64,000 bases of DNA from an uncultured Clostridium sp. (GCA_947061115.1 CAMSMU010000001.1:3361-67360), one strand, 5' to 3'; shown: positions 1-10,654, numbered from the stretch's first letter. Translations and numbers: made by a program. The notes: generated by a model not told the origin, from the letters alone.

Positions 1-375
1 ATTTTCAATAGAAAATATTGTTAAAAATATCATTACCAAAAATGACACTGTAGTAATAGTTCCAATTATTGTTTCAGTAAATAATAATCTCTTATTACTA
101 TCTTCTTTTTCTTTTTGTAATTTAATAAAATTTTCTTCTGCTTTTTTATCATAGTTTTCCATTTTTATCATCTCCCCACTTAATAATTCATTTACACTTA
201 TTTTAAGCTCATTACATAAATCAATCATTATACTTGAATCAGGCATTGCCTTTCCATTTTCCCATTTAGATATTGCTCTATCTGTAATGTTTAATTTTTC
301 TGCTAATTGCATTTGAGTCAGATTATTTTTCTTTCTACATTCAGCTATAAATTTTCCAATTTTAATCTGATCCAT
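1..375 (-). CDS. XRE-family HTH transcriptional regulator with C-terminal membrane segment; partial, C-terminus runs past window start
   Basis: The minus-strand ORF starts with ATG at 375..373 and reads MDQIKIGKFIAECRKKNNLTQMQLAEKLNITDRAISKWENGKAMPDS. This is a Cro/C1 helix-turn-helix followed by a hydrophobic tail. Confidence 0.7.
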   Translation of the reverse strand, partial: MDQIKIGKFIAECRKKNNLTQMQLAEKLNITDRAISKWENGKAMPDSSIMIDLCNELKISVNELLSGEMIKMENYDKKAEENFIKLQKEKEDSNKRLLFTETIIGTITTVSFLVMIFLTIFSIEN

Positions 376-472
376 ATATAGACTACCTCCTTTATTTAAG
401 TGTATGATGGAATTTTTCAAAAGTCTACATACCATTAGTTGAGTGGGGTAATATCAACTAATGGTTGAATTA

Positions 473-1114
473 TTAATATTTTATTTTTATATCTAATAGA
501 CTAGTCAAATCTATTGCTTGAAATTGATTTACTGTTATTCCTTTTATATCTTCTATACTAGCAACAATTCCTTCTATGATACTATCTGAAAAGTCTATTC
601 CATATAATTTTGTTTTAAAAAATTGTGCTTGAGTTAAATCTGATTGTTTAAATATAATATTTTTTAGTTTATTTTCTTGAAAACAACTATTTCTTAATCC
701 TGTACTTTTAAATTGCACATTTTCTATGCTTGCCATAGATAGATTATTATAGTTCAAATTTGATTCTATAAAGCTTACATTATATAATCTGCTTTCTATA
801 AAATTACACCCTGTCAATTTACAATTATTAAATTCACATCTTATAAACGCACAATTTTCAAATGATGTATTTGAAAGGTTACAGTTACTGAATTCAATAT
901 CCATAAAAGTATTTTTTTCTAAATTACTTTCTATAATTTCTGTATTATCTATTATTGCCTTACTAATTGTAATATCATTAAATTCAATTTTTCCTTCTTT
1001 GATATTTTCAATATAGATATTTTCTATTTCATCAATATCATTAAATTCATTTAATAAGTTATCTATTTTTCTTAAATTATTAAATAAAGTTTTTTGCGGT
1101 TTTATTATGTTCAT
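473..1114 (-). CDS. pentapeptide-repeat protein
   Basis: Tandem 5-residue periodicity, for example NLSNTSFENCAFIRCEFNNCKLTGCNFIESRLYNVSF. Confidence 0.75.
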   Translation of the reverse strand: MNIIKPQKTLFNNLRKIDNLLNEFNDIDEIENIYIENIKEGKIEFNDITISKAIIDNTEIIESNLEKNTFMDIEFSNCNLSNTSFENCAFIRCEFNNCKLTGCNFIESRLYNVSFIESNLNYNNLSMASIENVQFKSTGLRNSCFQENKLKNIIFKQSDLTQAQFFKTKLYGIDFSDSIIEGIVASIEDIKGITVNQFQAIDLTSLLDIKIKY

Positions 1115-1127
1115 CTATTTCCCCTCA

Positions 1128-1331
1128 TTATATCTTACTAAACATTACTGTTTTTTCTTTCATTGATATTTTTGATACTTCATATCCATATGGTTTTAAT
1201 TCTTTTTTATAAGTTAAAAATGAATGATCTATATCAAATCCTAAAATTCTTTTTATTTCTTCATAAGACAATTTATAACTTTCTTTTTTATTTTCTTTTA
1301 AATATTTCCATAAAGGTTCATATTTGCTCAT
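1128..1331 (-). CDS. small hypothetical protein (67 aa)
   Basis: ORF of operon-like spacing; no recognisable motif. Confidence 0.4.
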   Translation of the reverse strand: MSKYEPLWKYLKENKKESYKLSYEEIKRILGFDIDHSFLTYKKELKPYGYEVSKISMKEKTVMFSKI

Positions 1332-1350
1332 ATTTAATTACCTCTTAAAA

Positions 1351-1665
1351 TTATTTTTTTCTTTTCTTAGGCACTTCTGTTACTTTCTCTATTTCTGATA
1401 CAATACTTTTGCAAAATTCACTGTTATCTATATCTAATACATAATGTGCTTTAGCTCCTTTGTATGGATATCCTGTTTCTGCATTTTTCATATCTTTTTC
1501 AATACATTCTAGCTTTTTTACAAAAGGAACATTATCGCAAACTATAATAACTGGTTTATCATTTACATATACCATAAATTCTCCAAACATTTTCTTGTAT
1601 CTTACTTCTCCGATTCCTTCAATTTGATCGCATACATATTCTATATATTCATTTGTTGTTGCCAT
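1351..1665 (-). CDS. TfoX N-terminal domain protein
   Basis: 104 aa with YIEYVCDQIEGIGEVRYKKMFGEFMVYVNDKPV, typical of the TfoX_N fold. Confidence 0.55.
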   Translation of the reverse strand: MATTNEYIEYVCDQIEGIGEVRYKKMFGEFMVYVNDKPVIIVCDNVPFVKKLECIEKDMKNAETGYPYKGAKAHYVLDIDNSEFCKSIVSEIEKVTEVPKKRKK

Positions 1666-1808
1666 TTTTATCTCCTTATTTATTCATTTTTACTTATATT
1701 ATCATAAAAATAGATGATTATCAACTAATCATCTACCATTTAATTTATTATCTTATAATCTACACCCTCATTATATTGCCAAATTGCTACGTCCCTATTG
1801 GCAATTTA

Positions 1809-2958
1809 TTATCCTATCTTTCTTTTTCTTTTTGAAACTATATTTGTAAGTATTATAAATAATACTGCAAATCCTAACATAATTGCCATATTTGTAATTA
1901 AAGGTTTTAATGTTTGAAGATTAAATTCTTCTAATGTTTTTAATGCTTCATTTGTACTTATATAATAATATGTAGGCAAACAATGTGCAATTTTTAGTAC
2001 TGAATCTGGTAACCATTCCATTGGTACAAAAGCTCCACATAAAAAACTTGATCCTAATGATATTACATTCACTATTCCATTTATTGCACCCTTATTATTC
2101 ATAATATTTCCTATAAAAAATGCTATTGTTGTTGCACAAATTGTTAATATTAGAGAATTTATAATATATACTATTCCGTGTATTTGTTAGCATTATATCT
2201 CCTAATACACCAAAGCTTATGCCAACATAGAATAACCATAATATAATAGAATAACAGCAATTTGAAAGTAGTAATATTCTATTATGTTTTTTATAATTTG
2301 TGTTACTTACAATTATTCTTTTTCTTATTTTCTCCTCATTAAAGCTACTTAATATCATACTAATAATAAATAATAAACATGCTAATATACTATAACTTGC
2401 AAAATTGTAATAAAATGTTGCTTTTGAAATATTATTTGTATCTAACTTTGAAGTAATTTTAGTTTCTACTTCTTTTGATAGTGTTTCATTTATTTTACTG
2501 ATTAATTCATCTTCATTTGTAATACTTTTTCTATATGTATTGGCTATATTAACATATCTAGAAATTAGCATTTCTTCTAATGATGCTTGATAATCCCCTG
2601 TACTTTTAATATCTAATTTAGGATTTTTTCCATCCATAAAATCTTTATTATAGAATTTAGGAATATATATAACATAATTTATATCTCTATAAAATAAAGC
2701 ATCATTTATCTTTTCTGGTGTTTCTTCTATATCAATAACATTACTATTTTCTGTTATATATTTTATTAGATCTTTTGTTATACCTGCATCTTCGTCATAA
2801 TTTACAATATGAACATCTGGCTTACTTGCAACAAAGCTCATACTATTCTCACTTGTTTTCATATTTGATATGCCAAATATAAGAAGCATTACTGTATAAA
2901 TAATTACTGTTATTTTATTTTTATTTAATATTTTCCAAAATGTTTTAAATACTGTCAT
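1809..2958 (-). pseudogene. ABC-2 family transporter permease, frameshifted (ORFs 2095..2958 and 1809..2102)
   Basis: The N-terminal 287-aa ORF and the C-terminal 97-aa ORF are contiguous halves of one ABC-2 permease. The frame breaks at plus 2176..2178 (ccg): the coding strand reads AATACACGGAATAGTA where AATACAGGAATAGTA would restore NTGIVYIINSL. Confidence 0.65.
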
Positions 2959-4126
2959 ATTTTTGCCTCCTTAAACTAAAGAATGATATTGCAATTAGGA
3001 TAAAAGCAAAAATAGCTAAACTTATAATATTGGTCCAATATCTATCTAATGTATCATAATAATATAATGAATAAAAGCCATCTGTTATCATACTTGCTGG
3101 ATTTATTTTATTTAATATAGGAACATTTTTATCTACAATATATTTCATTGTAATCCCCATCATTCCAGACAAATAACACCACAGCATTGTTATAGCAATT
3201 AATATTCCCGTTTTTGTATTTTCATTTGTTTTAAATAAAGTACCAACAAAAGTACCAAGTGTTAGCCCTGAAAAACTTCCTATCATTGCAAGTAATATGA
3301 TTAGTAAAGTATTATCTCCATAGTCAACTTTTAAAACTAAAAGTGTATATACAAATAATATTGCAAGGCCTATTAATTGTGCTATGTAACTTGCAAGTAA
3401 ACTACTTAATATAATTGTACTTTTTTTAGTAGGAGAAACTGCTATCCTTTTTCCCTTATTAGACATATTAGCTAAAGTTTGATTTATTGATACCATACTT
3501 AGCATTCCACCATATAAACATGTCATAGCAATAAGAGTATAAAATTCTATCATTGTATAACTTAAATTGCTATTTGAAATATTATTAAGATTGCTATTGT
3601 CATCATTTATTAGTTCTATTATTTTATTATAAATATTTTCATAGTTTATATTATAATTTCCTGATTCAATTTCTTTTTGTATTTCTGCTGTAGATAAATT
3701 TTCAATCATATCACCTCTTTGTTCAATTTCTTCTGTAACATATTTGAATATTGTTTCATTAATTCCACTTGTAGCAAAAGTTAATATTGGCTTATTTTCT
3801 TCTAGTTTCATATATCCAGTTATTTCACCATTTTCAAGTAATTCTTTTGCTCTATCTTCTTCTACATACTGAGTATTAAATAATCTATTTTCGCTAGTTT
3901 CATCACTTAATTCTTCAAATGCTATTTTAAATGATTTACTGTTTTCGAATTCATCATTTTTTATTATTGCAATATCTATAATATCCAGTTTTTCACTACT
4001 CTCTATATTAGAAAAAGCCATATTAAAGAATGTTCCTAATATTATTGGAAATGCAAAAGTCCAAAATATTAACATTTTATTTCTAAAAAGAGTTTTAAAA
4101 GAATATTTAAAATTATGTATAAACAT
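2945..4126 (-). CDS. ABC-2 family transporter permease
   Basis: 393 aa with an N-terminal TM, a large extracytoplasmic loop and a C-terminal multi-TM domain. It overlaps the next gene in operon style. Confidence 0.7.
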   Translation of the reverse strand: MFIHNFKYSFKTLFRNKMLIFWTFAFPIILGTFFNMAFSNIESSEKLDIIDIAIIKNDEFENSKSFKIAFEELSDETSENRLFNTQYVEEDRAKELLENGEITGYMKLEENKPILTFATSGINETIFKYVTEEIEQRGDMIENLSTAEIQKEIESGNYNINYENIYNKIIELINDDNSNLNNISNSNLSYTMIEFYTLIAMTCLYGGMLSMVSINQTLANMSNKGKRIAVSPTKKSTIILSSLLASYIAQLIGLAILFVYTLLVLKVDYGDNTLLIILLAMIGSFSGLTLGTFVGTLFKTNENTKTGILIAITMLWCYLSGMMGITMKYIVDKNVPILNKINPASMITDGFYSLYYYDTLDRYWTNIISLAIFAFILIAISFFSLRRQKYDSI

Positions 4127-5075
4127 CTAATCACGAAGCTCCTTTCCTGTTAATTCTAAGAATACATCATTAAGAGTAGGTCTTTCTGAATAGATTTTAT
4201 TATAATGTATATTTTCTTTTTTTAAGTAGTCTATCATATCTACTAAATTATGTTTTCCTTTTTTATATGTTACAAGTAATATATTACTACTGTATGTTAC
4301 ACTATCAACATTTTCTAGTTTTTTTATTTTATCTATTAATACTGATTCTAAATCATTTACTTCAACTGTAACTTTTTCTTCTATTTTTGCAAGTTCTTTT
4401 AGTTCATCTGTTGTACCAGATGCTATTATTTTTCCTTTATCTAAAATAATTACTCTATCACAAAGGATTTCTACTTCCTCCATATAATGAGTAGTATAAA
4501 CAATAGTTGCTCCACTATCTCTTAACTTTTTTATTCCATCTAAAATGTTATTTCTACTTTGTGGATCAACAGCAACTGTTGGTTCATCTAAGAATATAAG
4601 TTTTGGCTTATGCGCTATTCCACACGCTATGTTTAATCTTCTTAAAAGTCCTCCAGATAACTTCTTTGGGTAAAATTTTTTAAAATCTTCTAATCCAACT
4701 AATTTTATCGCATCTTCTATATACTCTTCTCTTATTTTTTTGTCTTTAATATATAATCCGCAAAAATAATCTATGTTTTCATATACTGTAAGTTCTTCAA
4801 ATACTGATACATCTTGAAAAACTACTCCTATTTTTGATTTTATATTATAAGCATTTGGATTCATTTCTTTTCCAAATATTTTAATACTTCCTTTACTGAA
4901 TTTTAGTAATGACAAAATACAATTTATAGTAGTAGATTTACCGCTTCCGATTTGGGCCCAGTAAACCTAATATTTCTCCCTCATGCACTTCAAAAGATAA
5001 ATCATCTATTGCTTTTAGTTCCTTATATTGTTTTAGCAAATTTTTGACTTCAATAATATTATTCATTTTATTATC
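4127..5075 (-). pseudogene. ABC transporter ATP-binding protein, frameshift inside the Walker A motif
   Basis: The upstream frame reads MNNIIEVKNLLKQYKELKAIDDLSFEVHEGEILGLLGPN then hits a stop. The coding strand has GGCCCAAATCGGAAGCGGTAAATCT where GGCCCAAATGGAAGCGGTAAATCT would give GPNGSGKST. The downstream ORF 4127..4915 holds the rest (LSGGLLRRL, D-loop, H-loop). Confidence 0.75.
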
Positions 5076-5212
5076 CTTCCTTTCTATAAGTAATAAATAC
5101 AGTTGGAAAAGAATTAAATTTTGACTAGGAAAACAAATTTGAAATTTATGAGGCGTACTTAACTGTACGTTGATTAAATTTCAAATGCAGTTTGACAACG
5201 TCAAAATTGTAA

Positions 5213-5791
5213 TTATTTTTCAACCTTATCACCTTTCTTATATCCTCTAAACATCTCTTGTACTGTATCCAACAACAGTTTCTTTACTTCTTCATTTGAA
5301 AAATCAACAGTCTTTGTAGCAATAAGGCAAGCTAAACCATGAGTGAATATCCATATCTTAATATGAAAGTCTTTTAAATCCTCTTCAGAAATATCAAATT
5401 TTTTAGTAATAGATTCCATAACATTTTCTGTTGTTTCAATATCAGCTTGTATGAATTCTTCTAAATTCATTTTACTTTGTTGCATAAATATAATTTTATA
5501 AAATTCTGGATACTTTCTAGCAAAATCTACATATGCCATTCCTTTTGCTAAATAAGGTTTTTCTTTATCTATTGCTTGTTTCAGAGTTTCTTGATATTTT
5601 AAATAAATTTTATCAAAAACTGCTTTATTTAATTCTTCCATAGCCTCAAAGTTATGATAAATGAGCTGTACTGATCCTCCCATTTCTTTTGCAATTCTTC
5701 TGGCATTTACTGAATTAACTCCCTCTTTTTCTACAATTTTATATACAGTATTTATAATCTCTTCTCTTTGAAATTTTTTATTTGGTGGCAC
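5213..5791 (-). CDS. TetR/AcrR family transcriptional regulator
   Basis: N-terminal HTH VNSVNARRIAKEMGGSVQLIYHNF; 192 aa; sits upstream of the ABC-2 operon in the same orientation. Confidence 0.8.
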   Translation of the reverse strand: MPPNKKFQREEIINTVYKIVEKEGVNSVNARRIAKEMGGSVQLIYHNFEAMEELNKAVFDKIYLKYQETLKQAIDKEKPYLAKGMAYVDFARKYPEFYKIIFMQQSKMNLEEFIQADIETTENVMESITKKFDISEEDLKDFHIKIWIFTHGLACLIATKTVDFSNEEVKKLLLDTVQEMFRGYKKGDKVEK

Positions 5792-6096
5792 ATTTTTCCT
5801 CCTTCGTTATATAACATATGTTATATAACGATTTTTATTATATCTTATCTCATATATTTTGTAAATATATAAATATAAATTTATGTAAAGAAGGTGTTAA
5901 AAGACCTACAAACAAAGTTGTGAACATGGAACAGTCTATTTGTTTTAAGTCTGTCTCTATGTTCACACATGTTTACCTTTGTTTCTTATATATTCTTGTT
6001 TTTTATATAATTTTCCTTAAATTCATTTGATAAAATATCCATATTTCTTTTCTTCACCTATAAATATACCGACTGTACCAATTCTATTTTGATGAT

Positions 6097-6246
6097 TAAT
6101 ACATGCTCATTAGATTTCCACTTTTTTCTATTCCATCTGCTGTTTTAAAATCACAAAACCACTCTACATACTTTTCTGAATCTTCTATATTCATTGGAGA
6201 TAAATAAATTCTTTCTCCTAGTAATTTTTTAAAATATTTCATTTTT
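6097..6246 (-). pseudogene. GNAT acetyltransferase remnant, N-terminal 49 codons only
   Basis: MKYFKKLLGERIYLSPMNIEDSEKYVEWFCDFKTADGIEKSGNLMSMY then a stop. The next frame carries a decayed IGTVGIFIGEEKKYGYF motif. Confidence 0.45.
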
Positions 6247-6258
6247 ATATACTCCTTT

Positions 6259-6822
6259 TTATAAACTAAATTCTTGTTTTATTATATTAGCTACTTCTTT
6301 AGCTGATATATTTTCATTATTAATCTTAATGTAATTTTTAAATATTTTTTCTCCCTCTCCTGGTTTAGAATTGAATCTGTGTCTTTTCATAGATTCTACT
6401 AATTCCCTTTCACTCCATTCTAAATCTCTTTTGGATTCTTTATATTTAAGTCTATTATCTGTATTATTTCTCCTTAGTCTTTCTTCTAAAGTTGCTTCTA
6501 ATTCTATTACATAACTTTCTTCAAATAATTTCATCCAACTATCAGTTTCTTTCTTTTCTTCCTCAAAATCATTTTCAAAATCAAAACATCCTGTAAATAT
6601 TATTCCTTTTTCATTACTCTTTGAAAATTCCTTAAATACTTCATATCTTATAAGTTTATTCATTCTATTATATGCTTTTTTATCATAATCAAATATTAAT
6701 CTTACCATTTCTATTGTCATATGATTATAAAATAACTTACACCCTGTTATTTTAGACAATTCCTGTCCTACTGTCATTTTACCAACTGCCTGAGGTCCAA
6801 TTATCAATATAAATTTAGGCAT
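6259..6822 (-). CDS. P-loop NTPase / small-molecule kinase-like protein
   Basis: Walker A IIGPQAVGKMT at the N-terminus; 187 aa. Confidence 0.55.
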   Translation of the reverse strand: MPKFILIIGPQAVGKMTVGQELSKITGCKLFYNHMTIEMVRLIFDYDKKAYNRMNKLIRYEVFKEFSKSNEKGIIFTGCFDFENDFEEEKKETDSWMKLFEESYVIELEATLEERLRRNNTDNRLKYKESKRDLEWSERELVESMKRHRFNSKPGEGEKIFKNYIKINNENISAKEVANIIKQEFSL

Positions 6823-7905
6823 TTAAATCCCATCTCCTATCATTAATTTTAAATATTTATGAGTAAATTCTTCTAATTCTTCTTTTTTATTACTTAATCT
6901 ATCTATTAATTGATTAGCTTCTTTATATGCTTCTTTATATTCTCTATTTGTTATTTCCATTCTATCTAATGCTCCTTTTAGTTCATCTTCATCAAGTAAT
7001 ATTATTTTTCCTTCACTTGTTACAACAACATCAAGATATAAATCATCTTCAAATGGAACATTACCATATTTTCCAATTTCCCTTGCTATATCAAAATACC
7101 ATTCTATTATTTCATTATTTTCATCGTATATTGCTGTTAGTTTTACCTTTGAATTGTAATCATAAAATTCCAACCATTTGTAATTGTTATCTAATATACA
7201 TCTAAAATTAGGTATTATAGTTTTTGCTCTAACATTAATAAAATTATAAAAATATATATCCCCTGAAAAATTTTTTTCTTTTATTGATAATATTTTTTGC
7301 TCTGATTTTTCAGCTTTTCCATGTACATACCTATCTGTAAATCTTTTTTTCAAACTTATCCAATATCTTTGATTTGTTTTTCCATTTTCATCAATAAATT
7401 CATTTTCCAAAATTCCTCCATTTTTCATTATACTTTTGGCTGATGCAATATTATCTTTATCGCAAACCATTAGAACTCTATTTATATCTAACTTCTTACA
7501 TTCTTCTAGTGCTAGCCTTATCATCTCTGAAGCATATCCTTTTTTTCTTTCTGATGGTCTAACTCCATCGCCAATATGTCCTCCACTTTTCAATAATTTA
7601 TCATTTAATTTATGCCTAATCTGAATTGTCCCCACAACTTTATTGTCTGATTTTCTAACTCCTAAAAATAATGTTGCTGGAACCCTTCCAGATTCTACTG
7701 TTTGCTCTTGTAAATCATTTTTTATTTTTCTCATCCATGTATCAAAGTCTTTAATCCTATCTAATCCACCTACTCCACCTACTCCATGTAACACATTTTC
7801 TCCATAATCTAAATGTTCTTGCAAATATTCTTCAATTTGTTTTTTATATTCCCTTGTTGGAAAAACTAATTTTAATTTTCCTTTTGCATTCATATTACTT
7901 ACCAC
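6823..7905 (-). CDS. fusion protein: N-terminal GNAT-type acetyltransferase and C-terminal DUF402-like domain
   Basis: Residues ~1-185 carry GNAT features (RKKGYASEMIRLALEECKKLDINRVLMVCDKDNIASAKSIMKNGG). Residues ~200-360 resemble the DUF402/FomD-like fold (YFDIAREIG..DDLYLDVVV). Confidence 0.5.
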   Translation of the reverse strand: MVSNMNAKGKLKLVFPTREYKKQIEEYLQEHLDYGENVLHGVGGVGGLDRIKDFDTWMRKIKNDLQEQTVESGRVPATLFLGVRKSDNKVVGTIQIRHKLNDKLLKSGGHIGDGVRPSERKKGYASEMIRLALEECKKLDINRVLMVCDKDNIASAKSIMKNGGILENEFIDENGKTNQRYWISLKKRFTDRYVHGKAEKSEQKILSIKEKNFSGDIYFYNFINVRAKTIIPNFRCILDNNYKWLEFYDYNSKVKLTAIYDENNEIIEWYFDIAREIGKYGNVPFEDDLYLDVVVTSEGKIILLDEDELKGALDRMEITNREYKEAYKEANQLIDRLSNKKEELEEFTHKYLKLMIGDGI

Positions 7906-7929
7906 CTCTTTTATATATTCTTATTATTT

Positions 7930-7990
7930 TTTATTAATATTCAAAAAGTCTTGCTAAAGAAATCTTTTAAGACTCCTTTGCAAGACTTAT
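7930..7990 (-). terminator. rho-independent terminator downstream of the zinc-ribbon gene
   Basis: Inverted repeat aagtcttgc (7946..7954) / gcaagactt (7980..7988). On the minus strand it is followed by TTTTGAATATT. Confidence 0.45.
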
Positions 7991-8116
7991 TCATATCACT
8001 TCACAAGTGTAAGTAGCTATAACTACCCTTTACCGCTTAAGTTATATCACTCTTAGGTAAACTCTTAAATATGTTTTAATTTTAGCATGTTTTATATACT
8101 TTGTCAAATTTATATA

Positions 8117-8320
8117 TTAATTAGTAAAGAAATCCAATATATTCATTCCTGTGTCTGTTGTAGTTTTATAGATTTCTGTATATCCACATTTAGTACAACT
8201 TATTGTAATAAATTTTTTATTTTGCACATCAAATATTTTGGCAAAATTTCCTCCTGTAGCTTGAAATTGATCTCTTTCAAATTCTGTGTTTCCACACTTT
8301 GTACATCTCCACTCTGACAT
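8117..8320 (-). CDS. zinc-ribbon domain protein
   Basis: Two CxxC pairs, CTKCG and CTKCGYTE; 67 aa. Confidence 0.6.
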   Translation of the reverse strand: MSEWRCTKCGNTEFERDQFQATGGNFAKIFDVQNKKFITISCTKCGYTEIYKTTTDTGMNILDFFTN

Positions 8321-8425
8321 ATTTAGTTCTCCTTATTCTGTTAATAATTAATATATATCATAAAATTTAAATTTTATCAATCTATATAATTATATTTTTT
8401 TGAACATATTCACCTACTTTATTAA

Positions 8426-8611
8426 TTATAATACCAATGCATTTTTAGGACAAAAATTTGAACATTTTCCACACCTTATGCACTTATCATAGTCTATTTT
8501 TGGTGCTTCAAAGTCTTTTTGATTTAGTGCTCCAACTGGGCAAACATTTACAGCTGGACACTTATGATTTTGAGGACATTTTTCTATTATTATTTTTAGT
8601 TTTTTTTCCAT
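8426..8611 (-). CDS. 4Fe-4S ferredoxin-type protein
   Basis: CPVGA and CIRCGKCSNFCP cluster motifs; 61 aa. Confidence 0.7.
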   Translation of the reverse strand: MEKKLKIIIEKCPQNHKCPAVNVCPVGALNQKDFEAPKIDYDKCIRCGKCSNFCPKNALVL

Positions 8612-8635
8612 ATATAAATCCCTTCTTACTTTTAT

Positions 8636-8950
8636 TTATAATAAATCTTCTATAATATTGCTTAATTCAGATCTTGTACGAAAACCAATAGTAGTTTTTA
8701 CAATCTTCTCATTTTTTAAAAATACAAGAGTTGGAACACTTACTATGTTATATTTTGAAGCCAAATCCTGATTTTCATCTACATTTATTTTGTAAACATC
8801 AATACTATTTGCATATTCATTTCCTATTTCAGATATAATTGGAGATAGCATTTTACATGGTCCACACCAATTTGTATAAAAATCAATTAAAATTAATTTA
8901 TCAGTGTTAACCATTTCTTCATTAAAACTATTTAAATTCATATTACTCAT
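8636..8950 (-). CDS. trxA: thioredoxin
   Basis: WCGPC active site; 104 aa. Confidence 0.85.
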   Translation of the reverse strand: MSNMNLNSFNEEMVNTDKLILIDFYTNWCGPCKMLSPIISEIGNEYANSIDVYKINVDENQDLASKYNIVSVPTLVFLKNEKIVKTTIGFRTRSELSNIIEDLL

Positions 8951-8962
8951 TGTCTTTCCTCC

Positions 8963-9163
8963 TTAGTTACTATCTTTATAATAAAGCATACAATGACAAT
9001 ATCCTTCAAAATTAGGATCTTTTATCTGCTCTTTAAATTCTTTACACATACATTTAGTGTCATCTGTTCTTTCTATTCTACATGGGCAATATCCGCCTGT
9101 TTTTTTCAATCCTTCCTTTATAGCATCTACAATTTCTTTGTTAGAATTTAATCTTATTGCCAA
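8963..9163 (-). CDS. ferredoxin-thioredoxin reductase catalytic-subunit-like protein
   Basis: CPCR, CMC and CHC motifs in 66 aa. Confidence 0.55.
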   Translation of the reverse strand: MAIRLNSNKEIVDAIKEGLKKTGGYCPCRIERTDDTKCMCKEFKEQIKDPNFEGYCHCMLYYKDSN

Positions 9164-9267
9164 AATTTTCTCCCTCCTTTAGTTTTATTTCTATTGTATT
9201 TTGTAGAAACTACTTTTATTCTTCATATTATAAAAATAATTGCTTCAATTTTTTATATATTACACTT

Positions 9268-9669
9268 TTAGTTTCCTTTGCATCCATGTTTATCTGAATT
9301 GCAGCTATGTTCTTTACAAGAATGATTATCTGTTTTATGATGTTCACAGTGTGCTTTTGTATCATATTGTAACTTTTTATTTAGTAAATCTTTTACTGCA
9401 TTATCTGCATTTCCAACGACTCCTCCATAAATTTTGATATTTGCACTTTGTAATGCTTCTTTTGCTCCACTACCAATTCCCCCACAAATTAATATTTCGA
9501 CATCATTATTACAAAGTAATTCTAGCAAAGCACCATGTCCATTTTCATTAACTTCTATTATTGTTTCATCATTAATATGCTCTTTATCAGTATTATATAT
9601 TTTCAATTGTTTTGTATGTCCAAAATGTTGAAATACACTTTCATTTTCATAAGTTACAGCAATTTTCAT
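9268..9669 (-). CDS. NifB/NifX-family (dinitrogenase FeMo-cofactor-binding-like) protein with Cys/His-rich tail
   Basis: MKIAVTYEN..FGHTK..ILICGGIGSGA pattern; C-terminal CEHHKTDNHSCKEHSCNSDKHGCKGN. Confidence 0.6.
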   Translation of the reverse strand: MKIAVTYENESVFQHFGHTKQLKIYNTDKEHINDETIIEVNENGHGALLELLCNNDVEILICGGIGSGAKEALQSANIKIYGGVVGNADNAVKDLLNKKLQYDTKAHCEHHKTDNHSCKEHSCNSDKHGCKGN

Positions 9670-9774
9670 ATTTTTTCTCCTTTTTTATTTCAATTTGATC
9701 GAATTATATCATAAATGCCAGATAATTTTCAACTAAATTACCTGACATATCTTTACCTATTTTTAGTAAATAAA

Positions 9775-10654
9775 TTATTCACCAATTGCACTATTTATTG
9801 TCATATCTTTTGTTCCAATATACACATCTCTATTTCCATCAATCTTGTGCATTTTTATTATTGTATAGTTATCATAATTATACTGTACACTACCACCATC
9901 TTTATAAACTTCGGCATCTGGAAAATTTTTATTTGCTTTTATTATCAACCCATCAATAGTTATTTTTCCACTTCTTAATGCTTCTTCTAGTGACATTGTA
10001 GTGTTGTTAATAGTTACTTCAACTTTATCAATTCCATAGTAATATAAATCATACTCTATATCATTTTTATATAGTTCTTTACTGTTTAATACTTTTACTT
10101 TATTTTTGTTTTCAGATGTTTTCACTGTTAATTCAAATTCTTCATATCCATTAATTAAAATATTATCAGTATCTATTTGTGCTGGATAAGTTTCTTTAAT
10201 ATATCCAGTATAATTAATTATTACTTTTCTTCCTATACCATATAAAAAGTCTATGTGATCTGTTCCATAATTAATTTTTATTTTGTCTGCTGTTTTTCTT
10301 TCTTCTTCGTCTTCATTTGGTTCTACAATCATATATGTCGTTGTTTCTTCTAATACAGTTCCTACAAAACTATTATAAGTTTCTCCTTCTAAATTTGATG
10401 AATTTTGTTCACTTCTAATAAAATTGTCATCTATATTATTATAAACTTCAGTTCCTAATATTTCTACTTTTATGCCTTTAATATAGTCATTTTCTGTTTT
10501 TTCATTTATTGGTAATAATTTATTATATTTTGTTACAGTATATAGTAATGCTTTAAACTTAATACTACCTCTATCTTTTAAATGAATTGGAATTGGAAAT
10601 AGCAATATTAAAACTACAAATATTATTACAACAAAAATAATCTTTTTTTTTCAT
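9775..10654 (-). CDS. secreted or membrane-anchored hypothetical protein; N-terminal signal anchor is out of frame across an A10 tract
   Basis: ATG at 10654..10652 is followed by ten A (plus 10642..10651). With 11 A it would read MKKKKIIFVVIIFVVLILLFPIPIHLKD and join the annotated ORF 9775..10605. Confidence 0.45.

Noticed and set aside
4941-4950. Programmed +1 ribosomal frameshifting at the rare CGG codons
   Set aside because: The P-site codons (AAT, ACA, ATG, TAT) cannot re-pair in the +1 frame and no stimulatory element is evident. Five identical lesions fit an artefact or a modification-linked error better.
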